DNA from: Actinomycetota bacterium | GTDB lineage: Bacteria > Actinomycetota > Actinomycetes > S36-B12 > UBA5976 | Direction: 5' to 3' | DNA: 64,000 nucleotides | Assembly: GCA_026392515.1 (NCBI GenBank) | Contig: JAPLBY010000022.1 | Span: forward strand, 16,869-80,868 | Shown: piece by piece, positions 1 to 9,171 of the stretch | Layout of the letters: each line of letters opens with the position of its first letter | Numbering within the stretch: the stretch's first letter is position 1 | The notes under the pieces: generated by a model | Told to the model about the DNA's origin: nothing | The model's database searches: none | What the model saw: the letters and a program-made list of their open reading frames with translations, nothing else | Program-made: the position numbers and the translations under genes

Positions 1-303
1 CAACTTCCGCGCTTACTTCACTAGCAATAGCGCCACAGGCAACAGTTGCTACGCGGTACTGCACATCATTAACCATCAGATCTGCTTCTTGACGCACAAA
101 TGGCACTGCGCCCTCAGAAAAAGTGGCACATTCCAAAGTGACACTGGCTTCATCAACTTCCGGCATGTCTTCGTAAGCAATGCTTGGCGCAACAGTGGCT
201 GGAGCCATCGATTTTTCCGAAGAACTCGCGGGCTCGGTCTGGTCAGAACAACCGACCAGCGCAAGCGAGACAACAAGACCTGAAATGACAACGGGAAGTT
301 TCA
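1..303 (-). CDS. Lipoprotein, N-terminal part (gene continues past the left edge)
   Basis: Not in the ORF track because there is no stop inside the window. Minus-strand ATG at 301-303. My translation reads MKLPVVISGLVVSLALVGCSDQTEPASSSEKSMAPATVAPS..., which is a signal peptide plus lipobox L-V-G-C. The frame stays open to position 1. Confidence 0.6.
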
Positions 304-399
304 TACTTTTAGCCTACGTCTGGCATGCACACAGGTTGGTTAGCCACACACCTTTGGATACCTGCGAGTAAGTCGGAGCTGACCGATACATTCAGAGTT

Positions 400-1059
400 A
401 TGGAATCACGCTTTGCAAACCCAGGAGATGTTGGTCATTTCCTGCATTACGGGGGATCAGGCGGCACTCACGAACTGGACCACGATTTCGTTGTGGTTGA
501 TGTCGAGACCTCAGGCCTAGATCCAGCTGCCGGAGCGCGAGTAATTGAGATCGCTGCGGTGCGAATTAACCAGGCTGGCCAAATCCAAGATTCCATGTCG
601 TCTCTGGTCAACCCAGAAGATGGCAACACTGGCGCGGATTGGATCCATGGCATCACGTCTGACATGGTTACCGATGCTCCAACTTTCGACCAGATCTTTG
701 ATGACTTAGCGCGAGTTATGGACAATGCGATTTTTGTGGCACATCATGCCAAGTTTGATGAAGGCTTTGTAGCGGCCGAAGCCCAACTTGCTGGGGCCAA
801 GTTACTGACGATGCCAGCTATCTGTACTTATTGGCTGGCTCGGAACACGGTAAAGGGCACGGACAATTTTAAACTAGGAACTTTGGCAACACACTTTGAA
901 ATCTCACAAGAGAGCGCACACACTGCTTTAGATGATGCAAAAGTAGTGGCGCAAATGCTTCCCAGAATGTTATCGAATTACAAAACGCTGACTTACTTCA
1001 CGCAGCCAACTGAGCAACCAAGAATTGGTAAGAGTGCCGCGTTACTTCCGCGAAACTAA
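400..1059 (+). CDS. DnaQ-like DEDDh 3'-5' exonuclease (DNA pol III epsilon family)
   Basis: ORF 325-1059. Exo motifs VVVDVETSGLDP, HHAKFDEGF and HTALDDAKV. Start placed at ATG 400 (MESRF...) because ATG 325 is only 22 nt from the divergent lipoprotein start; 325 remains possible. Confidence 0.85.
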   Translation: MESRFANPGDVGHFLHYGGSGGTHELDHDFVVVDVETSGLDPAAGARVIEIAAVRINQAGQIQDSMSSLVNPEDGNTGADWIHGITSDMVTDAPTFDQIFDDLARVMDNAIFVAHHAKFDEGFVAAEAQLAGAKLLTMPAICTYWLARNTVKGTDNFKLGTLATHFEISQESAHTALDDAKVVAQMLPRMLSNYKTLTYFTQPTEQPRIGKSAALLPRN

Positions 1060-1068
1060 CTTGCGGAA

Positions 1069-1704
1069 CTAGCTAATAGTTACAGTGCCGCTTGCAGTTT
1101 TGAAGGTTACTGAAGTCAATCCGATTTCATCGTCTTCAACCCAAGTCAAAGCGATGTCATCAAGAAGTGCCTCTGGAGTGTCACCCAACCAAGTAGTTAG
1201 GGAATTACGATCGCCACTTAGAGCAAATTCAGTGATGCTTACAGATTCAGTTCCACCAATACTTGGATGCGCACTCATGTCATCCCACTTGATAAAGAAC
1301 GGCAGAATTGGTTCTGCGATCAAGTCGATAACGCCAATTTGTTGCCATGTTAGATCTGTTCCACCTGGGCGAAGGCGATGTCCTGGGCCTGCTTGGCGGC
1401 CAATGCGAGCTTCAAGCGGCGCAACATCGTCAACACGAACTGCCCAACCCATCCAGCCACCGCCAGCCTCAGCGCGGTTACGAACAGCCTGACCAAATGG
1501 CACGGTTTCGGCTACTGGGTGCTCTAGCGGAGCCACGATTTCGATGTATTGGCCAGAGGCCATCGGCAAAATAAAGTTACGGGTTCCAGCACGTGGGTGC
1601 TTACCACCATCGATAAATGCAACGCCTAACTCAGCTCCGAGACGCTGCACTGTGTCCGCAAGTTCGGCATTCGTGACGGCGTAGGCGACGTGATCTAGTT
1701 GCAT
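1069..1704 (-). CDS. VOC / glyoxalase-fold family protein
   Basis: ORF 1069-1767. MQLDHVAYAVTN... and the overall pattern are typical of glyoxalase-like (VOC) proteins. Start set at ATG 1704 (AAGG about 10 nt upstream); the longest start at 1767 is possible. Confidence 0.75.
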   Translation of the reverse strand: MQLDHVAYAVTNAELADTVQRLGAELGVAFIDGGKHPRAGTRNFILPMASGQYIEIVAPLEHPVAETVPFGQAVRNRAEAGGGWMGWAVRVDDVAPLEARIGRQAGPGHRLRPGGTDLTWQQIGVIDLIAEPILPFFIKWDDMSAHPSIGGTESVSITEFALSGDRNSLTTWLGDTPEALLDDIALTWVEDDEIGLTSVTFKTASGTVTIS

Positions 1705-1966
1705 GAGAAAACCTTGGCACAACCGGGACAGGTGCGCATCACCGGGGTCAGGTTTTGGCCGCGACACGCTGGGCGTGTCATTACCGAGGTTGCAGGGGTT
1801 TGTTGTCTAGATTTTCGTTAAGCACCCAGAGGGACGGCGGAGGGGAAGCCACCCGAACTCTGGGTGCTCTTTCATGCCCAAAATTGCTGCCCATTCACAG
1901 CAGTAAATTCTCAACAGTGAACGGTTAACTCTGGAACTCAGTTCGCCAACGTCACAGGCTTTGGGA

Positions 1967-2539
1967 ATGAAAAATTCTCATGATGAGCAGAACCCAGATT
2001 CGTTACTAGATCTGCAGGCACCTTCGCTCAGTGCCCAACAAGTTAAACAACGCAATGCCCAGATATTGAAGGCTGCAAATGACTTTGCCGAAGCTATCGA
2101 AGCCGATGCATTTTCAGCTAGAGAAAACCTAGTTCAAGAGATTTTCCAGCGTCTCCAGGTCGATAAGGATCTGTCGTGGAAAGAGCATGCCAAGTTGAGC
2201 ATTGGCCTTTGCGATATCAGGACTCGTGATGGCCTGCTTCGAAAGCTTCATGATGCACCGGAGTTACGCGGTCAATTTCTGTCGCACCTAATCCGCGAGG
2301 TTTCGCGCTCTACTCAAGAGTTCGCAGCGCCTTTAGCAACGGTTTATGCCGGGATCGCTTGGCTGGAGGGTCAAACTGAACTAACGCGTTTAGCTGTTGA
2401 CCATGCCCTGCAAATTGATTCAAGTTATTCTCTTGCCCAGCTCCTGGATATTGCACTTCGTCATAACGTGCCGCCATCGGTCTGGTCATCGTCCTTGGCA
2501 GCTGTGAGTTTCGATGCTTGCTTAAAGGGTGCTGCGTAA
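1967..2539 (+). CDS. Hypothetical helical protein, possibly DUF4192-like
   Basis: ORF 1961-2539, first ATG at 1967. The C-terminal part (SLAQLLDIALRHNVPPSVW) resembles actinobacterial DUF4192 proteins from memory. The family call is tentative. Confidence 0.55.
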   Translation: MKNSHDEQNPDSLLDLQAPSLSAQQVKQRNAQILKAANDFAEAIEADAFSARENLVQEIFQRLQVDKDLSWKEHAKLSIGLCDIRTRDGLLRKLHDAPELRGQFLSHLIREVSRSTQEFAAPLATVYAGIAWLEGQTELTRLAVDHALQIDSSYSLAQLLDIALRHNVPPSVWSSSLAAVSFDACLKGAA

Positions 2540-2564
2540 TTATCCACAGCAAACAAATCTGGAC

Positions 2565-2592
2565 TTGAATATTCGGTTTGGCGATTTAGGCT
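2565..2592 (+). promoter_or_regulatory. Candidate sigma70-type promoter for the PKD-protein gene
   Basis: TTGAAT (2565-2570), 16-nt spacer, TAGGCT (2587-2592, TAnnnT type). It lies 50 nt upstream of ATG 2642. Confidence 0.3.
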
Positions 2593-2641
2593 CAAGATCT
2601 TGGCGAATTCAATTGGCAACATATGTTTCGGGGGGAACCAT

Positions 2642-3457
2642 ATGAAAGCAAGGCTGTTGCGATTATTAGTTGGTTTTACCTCTGCGTTTTGCTTCTCGAC
2701 TTTGGCCCTTGCACCAGCTACGGCTAACCCAAATGTTGGTGGTAATAATTCAATCTCGGCTTACGTGGGAACTGGCGGCTTACTTTTGCCAGATTCATTC
2801 TCGGGATCGAAAGCAACTAAATCTGCAGTTGCTGATTGCTTAGGCTGCACTTGGCGTTACACGATCTATTGCATGCAGGGCGCAAACGCACCTTGCAAAC
2901 ATGCTGTGACTTCATGTCCGCGGGGAAGTTTGTTGTATCGAGTTTGGTTTGGTCGAACTCCCAGCTCAACAGCGGTAGTTGGATCAGTTTGTTGGGGGAG
3001 TTCTAATCCAGTGACTCGACGACAGGTTGAAGGTCGAGTCGATGATTACGTTGTGCGATACATCCCAGCACTACGACCTGGCTTTGATCCACCAGGAGGC
3101 TCGTTAACAAGCGTGCCGGTGATCTTTTGGACGGGACAGCCAGCTAGTTTCAAGCCGCCGAGTTTTTCGCTTTCTGGTCAATCAGTTTCGATTACAGCCA
3201 ATCCGACTTGGCGCTGGACTTGGGGCGATGGATCGTCGGTTTGGAAGAGTGTGTCAGGAGCGCAGTATCCAAGTCGACAAATCACACATCAGTATCGAAG
3301 TCCGGGAAACTACAGCGTTGGCGTCACGGCAGTCTGGCAGGCCCAGTACACCGTCTCGGGCATTGGCACCTTTGACATGAGCGGCGAGGTCTTGCGGCAA
3401 TCTCGGACTTTGGCCGTTCCGATTAAGTCAGCCAAAACCGTCCTGGTCTCGCATTAA
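2642..3457 (+). CDS. Secreted Cys-rich protein with C-terminal PKD-like domain
   Basis: ORF 2600-3457. Start chosen at MKARLLRLLVGFTSAFCFSTLALAPATA (signal peptide, A-T-A cleavage-like site). PKD signature WTWGDGS...HQYRSPGNYSVGVTAVW. Six Cys within about 55 residues of the mature N-terminal part. Confidence 0.7.
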   Translation: MKARLLRLLVGFTSAFCFSTLALAPATANPNVGGNNSISAYVGTGGLLLPDSFSGSKATKSAVADCLGCTWRYTIYCMQGANAPCKHAVTSCPRGSLLYRVWFGRTPSSTAVVGSVCWGSSNPVTRRQVEGRVDDYVVRYIPALRPGFDPPGGSLTSVPVIFWTGQPASFKPPSFSLSGQSVSITANPTWRWTWGDGSSVWKSVSGAQYPSRQITHQYRSPGNYSVGVTAVWQAQYTVSGIGTFDMSGEVLRQSRTLAVPIKSAKTVLVSH

Positions 3458-3640
3458 TTGACCAAATCCGACTCTGGTGACCTCGATTCTGCGGTGTCAC
3501 CAAGGGGGAGTACACTTAGGGAACATCCTCGTGATGTAGCCCGTGTTGAGCTTCTTGCTTGACAAGGGCTCTTGTTATTGCCTAAGCGATAGCAAGAATC
3601 GAATGTAAGACACCGCAAGTTAGCGCTGAAAGAGGCATAA

Positions 3641-5092
3641 GTGGCACCGAAGAAGGCAGCACCAGCCAAGAAGACAACAGCCAGTAAAACAACAGCCGCA
3701 AAAGCAACGGCGAAAAAAGCAGCTCCTGCAAAGGCAGCCAAGAAGGCGCCAGCCAAGCCAGTGGCAAAGAAGCCAGTCGCAAAGACTGCAGCTGCAAAAA
3801 AGAATTCTGTTCCAGTTAAAAAGTCTGCTGCGAAAGCTCCAGCAAAAGCTACTGCTAAGCCAGCCGCAAAAGGCGCAGCCAAGAAATCCGCTCCAGCCGC
3901 ACCAGTTAAGGGTGCCAAGAAGTCTGCAAAGGCCCTCAAAGGCGATGACATTGAGTTAGATGATGTCGTAATTGATCTTGATGCTGACGTAGTAATTGAC
4001 GATGTTGAACTAGCTGCCGCTGCAGTTCTTGAAGTTGATTTAGAAACTGAACTTGTTGCCGACCTTGCTGACATCGCCGATGAAGATGACGCAAAGCCAG
4101 CAATCGCCGCTGACAGCGACAACTTGGTTATTTCCGATGTTGATGACACCGACGAACCAGTCCAGCAAGTTATCACCGCAGGTGCTACCGCTGACCCGGT
4201 TAAGGATTACCTAAAACAAATCGGTAAAGTTCCGTTGCTTAACGCTGAAGAAGAAGTAGACCTTGCAAAGCGAATCGAAGCCGGTTTGTTTGCCGAAGAA
4301 CTACTTGCAACTCGTGGACCATTCAAGGATCGTCGTCAGGGCGATTACGAATGGATTGCCGAAGATGGCCAGCGCGCAAAGAATCACTTGCTTGAAGCAA
4401 ACCTTCGTCTTGTTGTATCGCTAGCAAAGCGTTACACCGGTCGTGGCATGTTGTTCTTGGACTTGATCCAAGAAGGAAACCTTGGTCTGATTCGCGCCGT
4501 TGAAAAGTTTGACTACACCAAGGGTTACAAGTTCTCGACTTATGCAACTTGGTGGATTCGTCAGGCGATCACTCGCGCGATGGCTGACCAGGCTCGCACA
4601 ATTCGTATTCCAGTTCACATGGTTGAAGTCATCAACAAGCTGGCACGTGTTCAGCGCCAGATGCTTCAAGACCTAGGCCGCGAACCAACGCCGGAAGAAC
4701 TAGCTCGTGAACTCGACATGACACCTGAAAAGGTTGTTGAAGTTCAAAAGTATGGCCGCGAACCAATTTCGCTACACACTCCACTTGGTGAAGAAGGCGA
4801 CAGCGAATTCGGCGACTTGATCGAAGACTCCGAAGCGATTGTTCCAGCCGATGCAGTGTCATTCACTTTGTTGCAGGAACAGCTGGACTCAGTGCTAGAT
4901 ACTTTGTCAGATCGCGAATCTGGTGTGGTCAAGATGCGCTTTGGTCTAACTGATGGCCAGCCAAAGACTTTGGATGAAATCGGAAAGGTTTACGGCGTAA
5001 CCCGTGAGCGCATCCGTCAGATTGAATCCAAGACCATGTCAAAGCTTCGCCACCCATCACGCTCTCAGGTTTTGCGCGATTACTTGGATTAA
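3641..5092 (+). CDS. sigA: Primary RNA polymerase sigma factor (SigA/HrdB/RpoD type)
   Basis: GTG start preceded by AAGAGG. Regions 1.2-4.2 are near-identical to actinobacterial HrdB ([23 protein letters not shown]..., [70 protein letters not shown]). The N-terminal extension is Lys/Ala-rich, then acidic. Confidence 0.97.
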   Translation: MAPKKAAPAKKTTASKTTAAKATAKKAAPAKAAKKAPAKPVAKKPVAKTAAAKKNSVPVKKSAAKAPAKATAKPAAKGAAKKSAPAAPVKGAKKSAKALKGDDIELDDVVIDLDADVVIDDVELAAAAVLEVDLETELVADLADIADEDDAKPAIAADSDNLVISDVDDTDEPVQQVITAGATADPVKDYLKQIGKVPLLNAEEEVDLAKRIEAGLFAEELLATRGPFKDRRQGDYEWIAEDGQRAKNHLLEANLRLVVSLAKRYTGRGMLFLDLIQEGNLGLIRAVEKFDYTKGYKFSTYATWWIRQAITRAMADQARTIRIPVHMVEVINKLARVQRQMLQDLGREPTPEELARELDMTPEKVVEVQKYGREPISLHTPLGEEGDSEFGDLIEDSEAIVPADAVSFTLLQEQLDSVLDTLSDRESGVVKMRFGLTDGQPKTLDEIGKVYGVTRERIRQIESKTMSKLRHPSRSQVLRDYLD

Positions 5093-5120
5093 GAATTACT
5101 AGCCATTTGTTGGCCGTTGC

Positions 5121-5153
5121 AAAAAGGGATTAGCCAAGCGCTGATCCCTTTTT
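5121..5153 (+). terminator. Intrinsic terminator after sigA
   Basis: AAAAAGGGAT (5121-5130) pairs with ATCCCTTTTT (5144-5153). Extra pairs form inside the 13-nt spacer (AGC/GCT). The T-run follows the stem, and the A-tract upstream gives a bidirectional shape. Confidence 0.7.
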
Positions 5154-5176
5154 GCGTGTCGCAGACCTACGATTCA

Positions 5177-5205
5177 TTGAATTTCGGGCAGGGTTAAGAT
5201 ATAAA
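5177..5205 (+). promoter_or_regulatory. Candidate sigma70-type promoter for the DUF3048 lipoprotein gene
   Basis: TTGAAT (5177-5182), 17-nt spacer, TATAAA (5200-5205). It lies 26 nt upstream of ATG 5231. Confidence 0.35.
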
Positions 5206-5230
5206 TGTTTTCTTCCTCTGGCGGTGTTAA

Positions 5231-6406
5231 ATGAAGTCGGCTATTCGATTTTCAGTAATGGGTTTGGCCTTAGCTCTGGCTGTAAGTGGCTGTGGTGGCA
5301 CCAAGTCTGAAACATCTGATGGGGAAACCGTCACAGTACCTGCTGGCACTCCACCGATCTGGTCATTAACCGGATTGCCAGGACCAGATGATGCCCAGAT
5401 TCAGCCAATCGTTGTAGTGAAGATTGAAAACGATCCAATCGTGCGCCCGCAAACTGGTCTAGATCGCGCTGACTTAATCTTTGAAGAATTAGTTGAAGGC
5501 GGCATGACTAGATTTGCCGTAATTTACCAATCAGATTTGCCAGATGAAGTTGGCCCAGTTCGAAGCGTTCGCCACGTGGACGTAGCCATTGCCGAGCCAA
5601 TTGCAGATGCATTTGTATTCTCAGGTGGCGCTCGTCGAACCATGAAGTTCGTTAAGCGCAAAATTCCAACTTCAATCAGCGTAATTAACGAAGGCGCACC
5701 AGGCATGTATCGCAAACCTGGAGTATCTGCACCACACGATCTATTTTTGAAAATGAGCGAGATGCTCGATTCAATCGCGCCAAAGAACACACTCAGTACG
5801 GGCTTCTTTGTGCGCCCAGAACTTAAGCCAGTAGCAGCGTCAGCATCACCTACGGCTAGTTCAAGTACTTCAGCTTCACCAAAACCATCTTCGACAGCAT
5901 TAACCGGCAAACCAGTTACGCAAGTTGGCTTGAAATTCAGTAGTTTCTCCGGACCTAGCTGGAAATGGAATGCTGCTGACAAAATGTGGATGCGTAGTGA
6001 AGGCATCAAACCATTCCTTAACAAAGACGGAACTCAATTCGGAACTAACAACTTGGTCATTATTGAAGTTCGCGAGATCGATGCAGGCTACAAGGGACAA
6101 ACTGGCGGTTACGTACCTCGCACAGTTTTGACTGGCTCAGGCCGAGCTTGGGTTCTGAGTGACGGTAAAGCCGTAGAGGTTGCCTGGAAGAAACCATTCG
6201 TGGATGCCCAAATGGAACTAACCGACCTTGATGGCAACCCATTCACAATGCCAACTGGTCGCACTTGGGTTGAGTTATTGCCGGTAGTTGCCGAAGGTCA
6301 AACCGGGTTTACCGGCGAATACAGTTTCAACGGCACTTTGGTGGCACTTAAAGATTTGCCGCTACCAGCGGCCACGCCTGAACCTAGCGATAGCGCTACG
6401 CCTTAA
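5231..6406 (+). CDS. DUF3048-family lipoprotein (YerB-like)
   Basis: Signal peptide plus lipobox LAVSGC. Contains VVVKIENDPIVRPQTGLDRADLIFEELVEGGMTRFAVIYQSD...VGPVRSVRHVD, typical of DUF3048. A Ser/Thr/Pro-rich linker sits mid-protein. Confidence 0.85.
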   Translation: MKSAIRFSVMGLALALAVSGCGGTKSETSDGETVTVPAGTPPIWSLTGLPGPDDAQIQPIVVVKIENDPIVRPQTGLDRADLIFEELVEGGMTRFAVIYQSDLPDEVGPVRSVRHVDVAIAEPIADAFVFSGGARRTMKFVKRKIPTSISVINEGAPGMYRKPGVSAPHDLFLKMSEMLDSIAPKNTLSTGFFVRPELKPVAASASPTASSSTSASPKPSSTALTGKPVTQVGLKFSSFSGPSWKWNAADKMWMRSEGIKPFLNKDGTQFGTNNLVIIEVREIDAGYKGQTGGYVPRTVLTGSGRAWVLSDGKAVEVAWKKPFVDAQMELTDLDGNPFTMPTGRTWVELLPVVAEGQTGFTGEYSFNGTLVALKDLPLPAATPEPSDSATP

Positions 6407-6441
6407 CTTGAGATTATTGGCCTAACTAGTAACGAAAGAAA

Positions 6442-6642
6442 TTAAGCGTTATCTAGCTGGTGAGTTTCATCTTGAACATCTACTGCAACTGCGCGAAGAC
6501 GAACTTCGTGCTCTTTGAAGTGATGTCCACAGAACTGAAGGGCAGAGCCACCTTCAAGGAACACGCGAACTAGCGCTTGTGCAGCACATCGATCACAACG
6601 ATCAGCAGCAGTAAGTGGAGTACGAGTGATTGTTGAAGTCAT
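6442..6642 (-). CDS. Small conserved actinobacterial protein with CxxC...CxHH (zinc-ribbon-like)
   Basis: 66 aa: ...ADRCDRCAAQALVRV...LQFCGHHFKEHE.... It resembles small conserved actinobacterial proteins near sigA. Function unknown. Confidence 0.6.
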   Translation of the reverse strand: MTSTITRTPLTAADRCDRCAAQALVRVFLEGGSALQFCGHHFKEHEVRLRAVAVDVQDETHQLDNA

Positions 6643-6877
6643 CCTTGCACCAGTTCCTTTGAATCGTTTTACGTGTTCTGACTATTGTGTAATCATTTCA
6701 GAGTCTTCGCTTTCTAACACGCCGAAGACTTGCAACAAGCATCCAGGTTCACTACTGGCGTATTTGCATCTGCAATTAACTAACTAGAAACTCAAATTCA
6801 CAAACGCACTTAAGTTTGCAGGGAAAGCGGCGTGGCAGCCCTGTAAATGTAAGAAAAATGCCTATTCTTAAAGCGTT

Positions 6878-8962
6878 ATGGCAGCCAAAAAGACCGCAGC
6901 AGTTGCGGGTGATTACAACGCATCTGACCTTTCGGTCTTAGAGGGCCTAGACGCGGTCCGTAAGCGTCCGGGAATGTACATCGGTTCCACAGACTCTCGA
7001 GGCTTAATGCACTGCCTGTGGGAGATCATCGATAACTCGGTAGATGAGGCACTTGGCGGCCATTGCACTCGAATTGAAGTCACTTTACATTCTGATCAAA
7101 TCGCGGAAGTTCACGATAACGGCCGCGGTATTCCAGTTGATGTTGAGCCAAAGACCAAGCTCACTGGTGTGGAAGTTGTAATGACCAAACTCCATGCTGG
7201 TGGCAAGTTTGGTGGCGGTTCTTACACCGCATCTGGCGGTTTGCACGGTGTTGGTGCATCGGTTGTTAATGCGCTCTCAAGCCGCATGGATGTCGAAGTA
7301 GATCGCTCTGGTAACACCCACGTTATGAGTTTTAGTCGCGGCGCACCTGGCGTGTTCGTTGGCAAGGATGAAACTGGCAAGTTCTCCAAACAAGGTGGCC
7401 TTAAGAAAGCTGGCAAGCCAGCAAAGAAGACTGCAACCGGAACTCGCATTAAGTTCTGGGCAGACTCGCAAATCTTCACCCCAGATGCTGCCTTTGATTT
7501 AGACGAGATTCATGCTCGCGCCCGCCAAACTTCATTCTTAGTCCCAGGACTAACCATCGTTGTTACCGACAATCGCGTAAAGAGCGATAACACTTCTGAG
7601 TTTGTGCACGTTGGTGGCATTTCCGAGTTTTGTGAATTCTTAACAACTGGCGAAGCCGTCTCACCAGTGATTCGACTTAAGGGTTCTGGCAAGTTCACTG
7701 AAACTGTACCTGTGCTTGATGACCAAGGGCACATGACGCCGCAATCTGTTGAACGCGAACTTGGCGTGGACATCGCATTGCTTTGGAATAACACTTACGA
7801 CACCACGTTGCAGTCATACGTGAATATCATCTCCACACCTAAGGGCGGTACACACGTAACTGGTTTTGATCGCGCCATCGTCAAGGTAGTTAACGATCAA
7901 CTTAAAGCTCAGCGACTGCTAAAAGCTGGTGAAGATTCAGTATCTAAAGAAGATGTGCAAGAGGGATTAACGGCTGTTGTTACGGTGCGCCTGGCCGAAC
8001 CACAGTTCGAAGGTCAGACTAAAGAAATTCTCGGTACGCCAGCAGCAGCCAAAATTGTTAACACTGTTGTTAGCAATGAACTTTCCAACTGGTTCACTAA
8101 CCCGCCGCGAGGCGCAAGGCCGGCAACTCGAATCGTTCTAGACAAAGTTGCCAATGCATCTCGAGCTCGTCTAGCCGCCCGCCACCATCGCGATACTCAA
8201 CGTCGAAAGACTGCGCTGGAGTCCTCAACTTTGCCAGCAAAGCTAAAAGATTGCCGAAGCGAAGATAACGATCGCACCGAATTGTTTATCGTCGAAGGTG
8301 ACAGCGCGCTAGGTACGGCAAAGTCAGCGCGCAATAGTGAGTTCCAAGCACTGCTGCCGATTCGAGGCAAGATCCTTAACGTTCAAAAAGCATCTCTGGC
8401 TGACATGCTCAAGAACAATGAGTGCGCCTCGATCCTGCAGGTAATTGGCGCAGGTTCTGGTCGCTCATTCGATATGGAAGCAGTTCGCTATAACAAGATC
8501 ATCATCTTGGCTGATGCGGACGTGGACGGCGCTCACATTCGCACGCTGTTGCTTACGCTGTTCCAGCGTTACTTAACGCCACTGCTTGAAGCTGGCCGGA
8601 TTTACGCGGCGGTGCCACCACTTCACCGAATCGAAGTAATCGGCGCTGCCAAGAAGCCAGGGGAGATCATCTATACCTATAGCGATGCTGAAATGGCTGC
8701 CACAGTTAAAGATTTAACTAAGCAAGGTCGACGTTGGAAAGAACCGATTCAGCGTTACAAGGGTCTTGGTGAGATGGACGCGGTGCAATTGCGGGAAACC
8801 ACAATGGATCCAGAAAAGCGAACCCTTCGTCGCATTACTGTGAGCGATGCAAAGTCAGCAGAGAATGTTTTTGAATTGCTTATGGGCAGCGAAGTTGCGC
8901 CACGCAAGGACTTCATTATCGATGGCGCTGCAAAACTTGATCGCACCAAGATTGACGTTTAG
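6878..8962 (+). CDS. parE: Type IIA topoisomerase subunit B, topoisomerase IV ParE-like
   Basis: GHKL ATPase motifs (LEGLDAVRKRPGMYIG, EIIDNSVDE, DNGRGIP, GLHGVGASVVNALS). Toprim motifs (ELFIVEGDSA, LADADVDGAHI) and the QRYKGLGEM tail. It is not in a dnaA-gyrBA context; its partner parC-like gene lies 3 kb away. Confidence 0.85.
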   Translation: MAAKKTAAVAGDYNASDLSVLEGLDAVRKRPGMYIGSTDSRGLMHCLWEIIDNSVDEALGGHCTRIEVTLHSDQIAEVHDNGRGIPVDVEPKTKLTGVEVVMTKLHAGGKFGGGSYTASGGLHGVGASVVNALSSRMDVEVDRSGNTHVMSFSRGAPGVFVGKDETGKFSKQGGLKKAGKPAKKTATGTRIKFWADSQIFTPDAAFDLDEIHARARQTSFLVPGLTIVVTDNRVKSDNTSEFVHVGGISEFCEFLTTGEAVSPVIRLKGSGKFTETVPVLDDQGHMTPQSVERELGVDIALLWNNTYDTTLQSYVNIISTPKGGTHVTGFDRAIVKVVNDQLKAQRLLKAGEDSVSKEDVQEGLTAVVTVRLAEPQFEGQTKEILGTPAAAKIVNTVVSNELSNWFTNPPRGARPATRIVLDKVANASRARLAARHHRDTQRRKTALESSTLPAKLKDCRSEDNDRTELFIVEGDSALGTAKSARNSEFQALLPIRGKILNVQKASLADMLKNNECASILQVIGAGSGRSFDMEAVRYNKIIILADADVDGAHIRTLLLTLFQRYLTPLLEAGRIYAAVPPLHRIEVIGAAKKPGEIIYTYSDAEMAATVKDLTKQGRRWKEPIQRYKGLGEMDAVQLRETTMDPEKRTLRRITVSDAKSAENVFELLMGSEVAPRKDFIIDGAAKLDRTKIDV

Positions 8963-9159
8963 GACTTTTTGGCGCGACTTACTGCAACTGGCACGCCGCC
9001 AACGCCCCAGTCATCCGCAGTAACTTCGTTAATGACGATGCGAACGTTATCTGGATCGGCATCTAATACTCGGATCGCAGCTTCCGAAATCTCTTTGATC
9101 AAAGCATGCTTTTGTTCAACGCTTCGGCCTTCAATTAACTGCACAGTGATAAACGGCAT
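8959..9159 (-). CDS. 4-oxalocrotonate tautomerase family protein
   Basis: 66 aa. N-terminal MPFITVQLIEGRSVEQKHALIKEISEA has the catalytic Pro1 pattern. The stop overlaps the parE stop (shared TTAG). Confidence 0.85.
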   Translation of the reverse strand: MPFITVQLIEGRSVEQKHALIKEISEAAIRVLDADPDNVRIVINEVTADDWGVGGVPVAVSRAKKS

Positions 9160-9171
9160 GTCATTTCCTAA

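Noticed and set aside
1934-1944. GAACTCAGTTC upstream of the DUF4192-like gene, considered as a LexA box
   Set aside because: The spacer is 3 nt rather than 4, and the flanking C/G of the CGAAC/GTTCG half-sites is missing.
3454-4176. 240-aa minus-strand ORF antisense to the sigA 5' region
   Set aside because: Its Ala/Ser/Phe-rich low-complexity product mirrors the GC-rich Lys/Ala codon repeats of the sigA extension. It overlaps a certain gene and has no recognisable motif or RBS.
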